A stretch of DNA of 64,000 bases. Source: a virus. Under the pieces are notes generated by a model. It did no database searches, had not been told where the DNA came from, and saw only the letters and a program-made list of their open reading frames with translations. The stretch lies in the IMG/VR virus record IMGVR_UViG_3300037851_000215, positions 1 to 64,000 of that record. One strand, given 5' to 3'. Of the stretch, positions 38,201 through 45,153 are shown one piece after another. The number at the start of each line of letters is the position of its first letter. Positions within the stretch are counted from its first letter, which is position 1. The position numbers and the translations under genes were made by a program.

Positions 38201-41200
38201 CCAGGATTACTGTTAGAAAGACCATTAGCCAATACTTCACCAGCACGTTTGTTTAAGTCGGTTTGTGATATATAATCGGCAATACTACCATGAAATAATC
38301 TAGTTTGTTCTATATTAAATAGATATGTATTTAAAGCATATTCTAATATAAATGTATTATATGTTTTATTTTTTAATAATTTATTAAGATTATCACTATA
38401 AACTACATCTCTATTTTCATTGCGTAAATAACTATTACTAATATAATCATAATATATGCCTAATTTAGAAATAGCTGTATTAGTTTGTTGCTGAATAAAT
38501 CTAAGTACATAATTTTCTAATAAACTTTTAAAATTAGTACCATTCATATCACTAGATAGTGCAACAGCTAAACTAGGACTATTAAGTAAGTGTTCAGTAA
38601 ATGATAAACCATTTAATTTAAAATCATTAAAGGTAGTCATTTTACCTTTATTTATAACACTCATATTTTGTAATGAAAATACATTACCACTATTAGCTAA
38701 ATCAAGTTCTAATTCATTATTTTCATTTAGTTTAAATGATAAATAATTCTTATTTTGATTTTCATCTAATTTATAATGATAATATTTTTGAGTAGATGTA
38801 CTTACATCTGCAATATTAGATTTTAATTTAACTTTACCATCTTCTATTATAACACTACCATCTTCATTTAATTCAAATAGAATTTCTTTAGCAGTTTGCA
38901 TTGCAATCATTTCATCAATGACTACATTAAATAATGCTTTAAAAATAGGAGTATCTTTTATTTTATTTAATCTTTCTTCATTAGGTATATTAGCTGATAG
39001 AATACTATAAAAATTGTTATTTAATTCAATAATAGGTACTTCAAACAACATAGTATGTTTTCTATCAGATGGATTAAGTAAAGGCATTATAGCAGTTTCT
39101 TTACCTACTATTTCCTTTTTACTATTATATTTATATCTACCACCTGCAAGATAATAAACTAAACTTTTAAGTGTCCAATCAAATCTAGCTAAATCTGAAT
39201 ATTCAGTACCTTTATTATCATCACGATTTTTACTACCTTGATATACAAAATTCTTAAATATAGATAGATTATGTTTATTAATACTATTATATCCTAATGG
39301 TATTTTTTTACCTTTTTCTATAGTATAGTTTAATATACCACGACCTTGTTCAATTAAATTACTGTTATCTATACGATCCCCCCATAAAATAAGAGAATGC
39401 TGATTACTTGGAACAAGCGCATATTTAGAAAGAAAAGCAAATATAGATTCATCAGTACCATTACGTAGTTCTTCAAAGAAATTACTAATAAAGCTAGGAT
39501 TTCTAGGATCGAATATTAAATTTCCTTTTGTATTAATAGAACTATGATTAAAATGATCTATTCTAAGAAATTTAACTACATCAGCTAATTCACGTAATCT
39601 ACCAAATTGATTAAAAACTAATTTATTGTTTTTATTATAAAGTTCAATAAATCCATTAGCTTCTTTAGCAAATGGATCACTTTTAATATAAAGAAGTGGA
39701 TTTAATAGTTTATTTATTATATTATTACGATTAAGATTATATTGATGCATTATAGTATCAACATCTATCTCAATACCTATTTTATCAAATAACATAGATA
39801 ACTGTTCAGCAGTTTGATCAGTTATAACTGTAAAATTACGAGTTTGTACAAATAATGCTTTATATGCATCATTCCATTCTTTAATCCAAGTATCATTAAA
39901 TATATTGTTTTCAGCTCTACTTATAATAGTTCCAATCCATTTATTAGCAGTAACATATGAAAATGAATTTCTATTACCACTATCTAAATCGATCTCATTA
40001 CCTAAATAAGTAGTTCTATTTAAATCTATATATGAGTCAATAATAGCTTTATCATATTGAGTAAACCATGTATTAAGTAAATCTGGATCACTTTTAAGTT
40101 TTTGCCAAACTTGTAATAATGATTTACCTATTGGATGTTTACTATTAGATGCAAAATTAAATAGAATATCTAACATTTCTTGCTTATTTAAAGCAGTACT
40201 CATTAAATCTCTAATTTTACCATCTAATTCATTATAATTAAGATAGTTAGCAAACCCTGTTGGAGTTTCAATATTTGATTTAAATATATAATTACCTTGA
40301 TTATCTATAGTAATATTATTAGGATCAATCTCAGGAGTAGTATTAATTAAATTTTTAATTCTATCACTAACTGTTAAAATAGGATGTTGTGAAATAGCTT
40401 GATTTTCATCCCAACTTTTAGATAGATATTCTACTTCATCTTGATAATCATCTATTTCATGAATATTATATCCATTATTTTGAGAAAGTTGAACTTTAAA
40501 TAATTTCCAAAATGCATCATTATTTCTAACTTCATCACGAAGTTTAAATAATAATTCTTTTTGTGAATTAGAAAGTTGTCCTAATTCAGCCGCTTTACGA
40601 CCTTTTCTACCTATATTAGCAAGTATATCTTGACGTATTTTATTCTCAGCAATATCTTTTACTTTAAGATTTTTATATTCATTACTAATTTCAATAAAAG
40701 CAGCTGTCATTAAACTAATAACATTTCTTTCTTCTTCTTCAGAGAAATTAGAACCTGTTTGTTCAGTATTAAGTGTAGAAAGATAAGAAGAAAATTTAAT
40801 AGTTTGTAAATCACGTTCTTCATTAATTTCTACTTCCCACCAATCATTTTCATATTCATCAGTAATACGTTGTGCATTATATAGCTTTTTAAGAATATTA
40901 CCTATACGATTTTCATAAAATGCTTCAATAGGTTTGAGTTTTTCTATACCTTGTGATTTTAAGTCTTGTTTTTCTTTTATTTTATTTTCTAATATATATT
41001 TAACGTTTTCATTATATAATTCAAAAGCTTCATTTTTAATAGTGTTATATCTATTATCAAATTCATTTTTAGTTATTTCTAACCCAGATTTATAATATTT
41101 ATCACCTTTAACACTATGTGTTTTATAATAATGTTCTGTTAATCCATCTTCATTACTATCAAATTTATTAGGATTTTGTAAAGTTGGAAATTTATCAATA

Positions 41201-42489
41201 GTGGCCTTATCGTTTTGTAATAATTCAATTTCTTTATCAATTCTTCTTATCTCATCAGCAATAGTTCCATGTCCTTCAATCTTAGCAGCAGTTTCACCAG
41301 TAGGAAATACAACTTTTTTAAATTCACGTAAAGCACTATCTTGAACTATAGTTTTAATAAAGAAATTTATCCAATTACTTTCTTTATTAAGAAGTTGAAG
41401 AAATTGATTTTTAGATATATCTTGTTCAGTTAATACTGCATATTTATTAAAACTTTTAACAGCTTGTCCTGTATCAAAATATCTTCCTGCTTGTTCATTT
41501 GAAATAGGTTTTAATACAGAATGATATTTACTTGTACCGATAAAATTATCATCTTCATCATAATCATCAGTAATTTCTTGTTCAATTGTTTCTAAAAACC
41601 ATTTTTCTTCATTTGTTTTAATTAAACGATCTCCATCAGATTCTCTTAAATCAAATATTTCTTCAGCTACTATTCCTGTTAGTATATCAATATCTCTAGT
41701 TTTCTGAAATTCAGATTGAACTTCAAGAATACGTCTAATATTAATAGTTTGTTGTACTCTTTCAGTATTTAATTCAAATTCTTTATCATATTCTTCTTTA
41801 GTAATTTCTTTTCCATCTTTAGTAAATTTTGATGTATTATTAACAACATCTATATCTATATTAATATTAGATATTGTTTCAGATCTAATATCACTTCTAA
41901 ACCATCCTATGCTATTAGTAGGAATACCTCTTCCACCAGGATCTTGTGTAAAAGCAGCATGAGATTGCATAATAGGAACTATTTCAGGTGTTCTAATATC
42001 ATATTCACGATAATTAGTTCCACCTGGAGCAGTTAAATTTTCATAATCAGCAGAAGGTAAGCTACCAACATGAGCAATTAATCCACCAGCACCATCATAT
42101 TCTCTATCACTATAATCAAATCGTTTTCCTAAATTAACTTCAATAGAATAAGAAAGTGAACTAGATAAATTTAAAATAAGTTCATCTAAATTAACATCCT
42201 TAGTATTACTTTGTAGATTAAATAATTGTTTATAACTACTAAATCCACCTATTTCATTTAATGTTTTCTCAATAGTCCAATTATTTTTAGCACCTTTACT
42301 AAATATTTCTTTAGCTCTATCAGAACTAAGTAAATCAATTACTTTTAATCCTGCATTAATTGTATATTGATCTAAAGCAGGAGTACTAGTAAAAGATGAA
42401 AATTTATTCTGTGATTGTTGTTTTAAATAACTTTTTAATTCATTCATTGAATTAAAACGCATTCCCTTATATGTAGGTACACAAGCCAT
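29257..42489 (-). CDS. Giant virion-packaged RNA polymerase polyprotein (crAss-type vRNAP plus accessory domains and a C-terminal helical ejection domain)
   Basis: GYRIPT motif and catalytic GSDFDMD (36673-36687, D1935); DxxKR; MAC- N-terminus; position in the virion block. Confidence 0.9.
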   Translation of the reverse strand: MACVPTYKGMRFNSMNELKSYLKQQSQNKFSSFTSTPALDQYTINAGLKVIDLLSSDRAKEIFSKGAKNNWTIEKTLNEIGGFSSYKQLFNLQSNTKDVNLDELILNLSSSLSYSIEVNLGKRFDYSDREYDGAGGLIAHVGSLPSADYENLTAPGGTNYREYDIRTPEIVPIMQSHAAFTQDPGGRGIPTNSIGWFRSDIRSETISNINIDIDVVNNTSKFTKDGKEITKEEYDKEFELNTERVQQTINIRRILEVQSEFQKTRDIDILTGIVAEEIFDLRESDGDRLIKTNEEKWFLETIEQEITDDYDEDDNFIGTSKYHSVLKPISNEQAGRYFDTGQAVKSFNKYAVLTEQDISKNQFLQLLNKESNWINFFIKTIVQDSALREFKKVVFPTGETAAKIEGHGTIADEIRRIDKEIELLQNDKATIDKFPTLQNPNKFDSNEDGLTEHYYKTHSVKGDKYYKSGLEITKNEFDNRYNTIKNEAFELYNENVKYILENKIKEKQDLKSQGIEKLKPIEAFYENRIGNILKKLYNAQRITDEYENDWWEVEINEERDLQTIKFSSYLSTLNTEQTGSNFSEEEERNVISLMTAAFIEISNEYKNLKVKDIAENKIRQDILANIGRKGRKAAELGQLSNSQKELLFKLRDEVRNNDAFWKLFKVQLSQNNGYNIHEIDDYQDEVEYLSKSWDENQAISQHPILTVSDRIKNLINTTPEIDPNNITIDNQGNYIFKSNIETPTGFANYLNYNELDGKIRDLMSTALNKQEMLDILFNFASNSKHPIGKSLLQVWQKLKSDPDLLNTWFTQYDKAIIDSYIDLNRTTYLGNEIDLDSGNRNSFSYVTANKWIGTIISRAENNIFNDTWIKEWNDAYKALFVQTRNFTVITDQTAEQLSMLFDKIGIEIDVDTIMHQYNLNRNNIINKLLNPLLYIKSDPFAKEANGFIELYNKNNKLVFNQFGRLRELADVVKFLRIDHFNHSSINTKGNLIFDPRNPSFISNFFEELRNGTDESIFAFLSKYALVPSNQHSLILWGDRIDNSNLIEQGRGILNYTIEKGKKIPLGYNSINKHNLSIFKNFVYQGSKNRDDNKGTEYSDLARFDWTLKSLVYYLAGGRYKYNSKKEIVGKETAIMPLLNPSDRKHTMLFEVPIIELNNNFYSILSANIPNEERLNKIKDTPIFKALFNVVIDEMIAMQTAKEILFELNEDGSVIIEDGKVKLKSNIADVSTSTQKYYHYKLDENQNKNYLSFKLNENNELELDLANSGNVFSLQNMSVINKGKMTTFNDFKLNGLSFTEHLLNSPSLAVALSSDMNGTNFKSLLENYVLRFIQQQTNTAISKLGIYYDYISNSYLRNENRDVVYSDNLNKLLKNKTYNTFILEYALNTYLFNIEQTRLFHGSIADYISQTDLNKRAGEVLANGLSNSNPGVFYASTVSDVVLKSKIYNELVRMTHQILDPDGTTTYRINKLNKVYTDEEIDNNIPKLSAIELKIYNITSPYLRNDSADSVSLITFEEFINRIKGFGLYDSYKDIIDKVRDKAPLNRDEISKFAAIQKNFFYDFEYSHELQKMVPVQIKNAEIVLTPDLIKDLDLSTINKLMKQVGIGQLNFASAEKVGSLHIGTVTDKKGKLLDDNDIINELTLGKRPYNYKGLHMQLEIPDHILEEVNTLGRQIAKKIILNINDNTKYNINGVETLGKDLKTQYFDLLNNNIWHSANKTMLPFDVSIDNNGNIVGEIEYEKILEVLQKEAINRGLPKNVVYSLNIGNNGYANLPIFFSPFVNKFENLLTSIITNGVTNQKFPGVHAAQMSSVFMNKKKGVKQSELENTTGINWHNEITSRNDLKLRSNITFDENGVKIIEAEVLLPRWSKYFYKEGELVDINTIPDKVRTMIGYRIPTEAKYSMYVFKVVGFLPDSNSPAIVLPDEFITQTGSDFDMDTVYSMLYNLQRKYETIDGVKSDKISTIEYITGTTENDLNNRVTAILDSKEDLIHVLSQEHNVSTIISILTDYNNLIKQYKEQNTELNNYIQNDARLTQVVNKIRDIEIKLTKSKGKNKRILLYNLTDLHEELFAKTQSDFGEAFINYKSTPEYIALKNKVKAIIENWSISAQNTKRARENQIVDIYYSILTNPAHFLETIFTSSFDDIQKINSKINKVLFPFSKNSNILTFAGQQEYRDKSQQSVNLKGTTISIDRFNAIAQIARITLANNIDRNSPFIGTVLDTLPIIEYEITNEIDKKELIKNYKQDVRFETRNNKEYAIVTHRYLTNNPANTFVNVLGKHIDTYSAQITANVLDAGRKPLPNNVNEYTLPIWKLLVSIGSTYDVSTTLINQPIVRELSEFFFDNLHTIQRGREISIIKTKYQTILYKLINKRTGKSVQSWDNEISKGKNIFIPYSDEAQSYLYGILGYKNNTPINIEFNRLFDNLNTTTAEEIDAILKSDNADKARLEQLEQHIRYQLQLLETFKVYKHYAQTITDAVNIFNTDSIGAGPTFTTTNSLEYSINRFAERGLLDVGTTNAAVAIYPKYFGINKESVYPILEQFLTFSNLLSLKAFSNYFLSETDVVKYIKSEIFNYINQVKYDKQLSNRINKYLTTAAIKDLPWLNTMNTTEKHRILGINTDVNLKVNTRDLTNISAFEELSAANQIKLLLDQRNYNSNHILNYLDTKLLITDIERNGYHLINLIPNDIPNAMTESFTTLWYSDDIYERVLARNLVKYEYLTSGFTFGFNSYSKLLPVSIFSNSTEAFIEGTDNEKGINLSSHLESKLRIATANKLTLAKENEINELIASLFGIDYFDMILRTNWRNNLLVPDGGVIKEAQFTKIRDFQGDEVNIQLPLFRPNNNGIISIPANKWNDINTSRAWNNVRKAKFIKLQIREKDKVEWIVFKQVIDYVNIDENDQITGTYYYYPVPKLNENEVESKSIFPNNNQLPDGTVIASDEIYRELISKMREKDIISENVYPNDLAMNMSIKDGKFRDELKEYTTTLDLVRAGHRTATTRHGNEAKKWEKLKIGQFVRLQGTSEYIQITRTPHKIDLSTLAARKEWSAKEGWDISYIHDNHLDAANDLQQFEYKYIGTIDKLLDNAVANDNASGIEEEIDINTKGTHYTWSRYSTKSYEVSSAGDKRFSAFYAILNPGAQLEQLHDTTGQLSTLTHKMSIEEYYQVSVKGYLSIKEGKGKPALGNITREQQWNAYLNAWREWAKQNPELIRELSINARNKVLTDKFATSNINQARALAEILNELYPDNPQLSIKFSSYTSSPVQSVNNAINTADQLIKRIYGNLPNLIRINTANKQAKELFDMLKGLGLEREITEIGLANFATALTATLQYASNVLLSKPDNKFKGGLLIRLDEYENANMTDIINDPIKRKEFTGFMSKALSFLKGWVHIKELTSVDGDNFIEEERIINNLIKELQNLSTKIDNANNKFNKLLESYYEAELLNYTSNPEILDGLRKIFEVADDESYVQLWLDALSDTNNAFVANLVKKFSIAMNKGKREGNVDIVEFENLLIAKLGKPLTAITEADFIKYLEIKNGKRTGKLVQKYNWEQYYTDKANRFRYLTKTYGKGTPSYINGALAWFRDNEITAVSDEEVQKVISQKQEELIEYEFNEWKKRNFIKKGDKTYVRMGDSMFKTPSDKYINPEWKAIKDDPIYSKLTEIISKYTDYFGRKTILNDGFIPTMSAFDKENMSISEKLEAWYESHAANKKSDSFVGMNDELVYILGIPMVQFLGREEEIKFRDRRFNETLEDYEKDVLNDIRQAGRGSFNSLAEVRDKNKKIRAENIELNAKRINYNLYEVFSNFIREANIYKAKMGMKFDIDASLHRLRQMDFNKRNSKNELLKNKLAGRTLDKTVIGTKKGQGTNLEKHLAEWIEAIYYGNFDIDEGTFTKIAKIMIKYSSAKNMWFNITAGVNNIVFGKIQNQLESVAGWYFNNADLTKADKMYIAAIPDMINTLGKLKSGTLTNALIKYFDITQNTNEKDYTSGMLKKDLLSTNSMYFMNDIGEHYLQNTTLFAMLNQHRIINGKIVSLAKYKYNNYRQALNEILSDIQKERLNNYISNRFRDEEFKETKKDYLRDFILSLPLNQQNAFIEARKKLDSTAVEEFNKYPRFIDAFILNQDGIAELKSDVKLDEHEIDAFKVIVLKVVQKEQGIYNREDSNILGRRAMGKMIMQFKKFMRPGWNKRFGSKFGSSYWTESRDEWDKGSYVSLFQFLKGTSGRNRYDENGKEIEFRNMISRLLSDFSHFTTNIRLYWNTLDDFEQGNVRRALLDMVYLCAVLAAGFVLKSLKPDDDDDENYYGYDFTVYQVDRLLSELMFYTPFGLINEGQKILKSPAAVQSAAIDIYKTFANLVSYPFVSDEQRIYQSGIYAKDSKLKVNAIKLVPILNKVQQLQRIDKFNKYYILFRG
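32329..32349 (+). repeat. Dispersed motif copy CCCCTTTAAAAAAGAAAGTGC (identical at 53419-53439)
   Basis: Exact 21-bp match 21 kb apart, inside two different genes. Confidence 0.85.
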
Positions 42490-42501
42490 TATAATTGGAG
42501 T

Positions 42502-42684
42502 TTAAAGTTGAGTATAAATATTAGATAATTCTTTATGTAAATCGTTTATTCGTTCTTGTAATACTAATTCAAGTGCATCTTCTTCATTTTTACCTTGTTC
42601 AATTAATTTATTTACATCAATTATTAACAATGTTTTATCATCATTAGATAATGTACTACTATTAATTTTATCTATGACAGACAT
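42502..42684 (-). CDS. Small helical hypothetical protein
   Basis: ORF packed between neighbours. Confidence 0.6.
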   Translation of the reverse strand: MSVIDKINSSTLSNDDKTLLIIDVNKLIEQGKNEEDALELVLQERINDLHKELSNIYTQL

Positions 42685-42905
42685 ATCAAAAATGATTTAA
42701 TTACCATCAATAATTCTTGTTCATCTTTTAATCCTATAAGTTTTAATGTAACAGTTTCTTCAGAACCATAATAAGGTATTTTATGTTTTCTAATTGTTCG
42801 TCTAGAATCAGCTATAATTAAATCTACAGTCCAATATCCATTTGTAGCAACAGAAGTTTTTTCTGCACTCCAATATCCTTCTGTTGCTATTTCTAATGTG
42901 TTCAT
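42672..42905 (-). CDS. Small protein with a duplicated ATxGYW motif
   Basis: IATEGYW / VATNGYW; C-terminal DEQELLMVI. Confidence 0.6.
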   Translation of the reverse strand: MNTLEIATEGYWSAEKTSVATNGYWTVDLIIADSRRTIRKHKIPYYGSEETVTLKLIGLKDEQELLMVIKSFLICLS

Positions 42906-43453
42906 AGTCTAGTAACTACAGTAGATGTAGCATCACTTTCTATATCTAATGTAATATTATCAGTAGTTCGTTTACCTGTAACTTTATCAACGGTCATAGG
43001 ATTACCTGATACTAGTCCTTGTAGTTCATGAAGTTCACTTAATTTAGTAGCTTGTTCTGGTGTAAGTCCACCACCACCACCATCAGATGAAAAAGATATT
43101 GCTTGTACTGGCTGTTGATAATTAATTCTAACTACCCAACTACCTACTGTATTAACAAATGGATCTCCACCACCTTCAACTAGTAAAATACCGTCTATTA
43201 TATTTAAGGTATGATTTGCTTCTTGTGGTCGTATTTTCCAATCATTTATTAAAAATGCATATATAGGTATTTTAGTTCCAGTAGATGGATCGATATCATT
43301 TCCACCTACTTGTGTTAAAGCAAGTGGATATTTAGAATTATCACTAGTTAAAAACCAATCAACCCATCTACTCCAAAGATCTCTAACACTTACTGTAGTA
43401 GTACCAGAAGTAAGAGTTATAATCTTAGTTGAACCATCTATCGAATATGCCAT
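42902..43453 (-). CDS. Putative virion structural/appendage protein
   Basis: Beta-rich; DLWSRWVDW motif; poly-Gly linker then helix; co-transcribed with the fibre-like genes. Confidence 0.5.
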   Translation of the reverse strand: MAYSIDGSTKIITLTSGTTTVSVRDLWSRWVDWFLTSDNSKYPLALTQVGGNDIDPSTGTKIPIYAFLINDWKIRPQEANHTLNIIDGILLVEGGGDPFVNTVGSWVVRINYQQPVQAISFSSDGGGGGLTPEQATKLSELHELQGLVSGNPMTVDKVTGKRTTDNITLDIESDATSTVVTRL

Positions 43454-43455
43454 AA

Positions 43456-45129
43456 TTAAACAATATATGCTCTATCTGTTTCTGCCGTAAGTGTTATAAT
43501 AATACCTTTACTTTGACTTATAACACCAGTTGCTACTACTGGTTTAGCACTACCTGCATTACCAGCAATAACTGTTACAGGAGCATCTTCTCCTTCTGAA
43601 CCAGCTCCTCTTTGATCATTATTAGTATAATCATATGTAAAGCTAATAGATCCTGCGGTTATAGTACCTACAATTGGATTACCATCTTTATCATTTACGG
43701 TTATAGCATTACCTGTACCATAATCATAACCTAAATTACTACCAGCATCATCATTAGTAAAGTACATTCTATAATAACCTGTACCACCTGAAGTAAGAGC
43801 AGCATTAAAATTAAGTGTACCAGCAGATGCATATGGATATTCTCTAGTAGCAGCACTATTATCATAAAATACAATACTGTTCAAATCAGCATCTTGTATG
43901 CCTTGTATTAATACACCACTACCACCACCAGCTGGGTTTGTAGGTATGTAATAACCACATTTAAGTGAAGGACCAACAAAGTTTAAAAGAAGAGATGCAG
44001 TTGTACCAATAACACTTGTACCACCAGATACAGCATTTATATTACCTGTCTGACGTAGTTGATATTGAATTTTAGTATATATTTCTTTAAGGGTGGCTGT
44101 AACAGGAGTTGCTCTTTGACAAGTAAAAGATAAATTAGAACCTGATGAAATTGTACCAGTAACTGTTATAGTAGTAGCAGTATTACTAACAATAGGAAAT
44201 GAAACACCTGCGTCAGTACCTTCGTAAATAGTAAGAACACCGCCATTGTATGCACCAACTGTCATACCACCTGTTGCAGATGTTAATATAGAACCAGCAC
44301 CAGGAGCTGAACCATCTATACCAGAATGTGTACCTACATCTATAACTATACCAAAGTTTCTACCTGTTGCACTTTCTATTGTACGAGTAAATGAACCAGA
44401 GAAATATTTAATATTTATTTCAGTATATGGTGATATAGTAGCTACATTAGCATCGGTATTTGTAATATCCAAATCAGCACCAACTGCAATAGGTAATGCA
44501 ACTTTAAAAGCACCTGTACTAGTTTCACCTACATCTGTCAGAATAGCATCATCATATAAATAACTTTCTTCTCTACAAAACAATTTAAAATAAGTTCTAT
44601 TATCAAAATTACCATTAGATGCATCACCATATACCTGTATTGCTTCATTTGGAGCATCATCATATGTAAAATTATATGCTGAACCACCAGAAGCTCTTTG
44701 ATAATAAAATTGTGCTCCACTAGGAAAACCAGATGCAAGAGCAACCATACCTACATATTGTCTATTTAATACTCCAGCAACAGAATATTCACTCCATCCA
44801 GCATCTCGTATCATTTGTCTACAAACATCATCATTTGGTTTCCATCCATTATATGTACCACCAGGATCTTGTCCAAATATATACTGACCTGATCTAGCAT
44901 CAAGTACGTTCATTGGAAAAGGATAAGGTTGATATGTAGCAGTAGTCCATAGATCAATAAATTTTGCCCATAATGCATTACCAGTAACACCATCTTTTGC
45001 TACTAGACTACCATACGGAGCAAGATCAAATGTCTTACTAGAAACATCTAACCATATATTTCCATCTACACCTAAATTTCCAGCTGACGAACTAACGATC
45101 AGATCATCTGGATCAATAATTTTAGCCAT
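43456..45129 (-). CDS. Putative virion fibre/appendage protein
   Basis: G/S/T/A-rich, all-beta character; C-terminal DRAY. Confidence 0.5.
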   Translation of the reverse strand: MAKIIDPDDLIVSSSAGNLGVDGNIWLDVSSKTFDLAPYGSLVAKDGVTGNALWAKFIDLWTTATYQPYPFPMNVLDARSGQYIFGQDPGGTYNGWKPNDDVCRQMIRDAGWSEYSVAGVLNRQYVGMVALASGFPSGAQFYYQRASGGSAYNFTYDDAPNEAIQVYGDASNGNFDNRTYFKLFCREESYLYDDAILTDVGETSTGAFKVALPIAVGADLDITNTDANVATISPYTEINIKYFSGSFTRTIESATGRNFGIVIDVGTHSGIDGSAPGAGSILTSATGGMTVGAYNGGVLTIYEGTDAGVSFPIVSNTATTITVTGTISSGSNLSFTCQRATPVTATLKEIYTKIQYQLRQTGNINAVSGGTSVIGTTASLLLNFVGPSLKCGYYIPTNPAGGGSGVLIQGIQDADLNSIVFYDNSAATREYPYASAGTLNFNAALTSGGTGYYRMYFTNDDAGSNLGYDYGTGNAITVNDKDGNPIVGTITAGSISFTYDYTNNDQRGAGSEGEDAPVTVIAGNAGSAKPVVATGVISQSKGIIITLTAETDRAYIV

Positions 45130-45153
45130 ATTTCTTTTATGTTTATATTGTTA

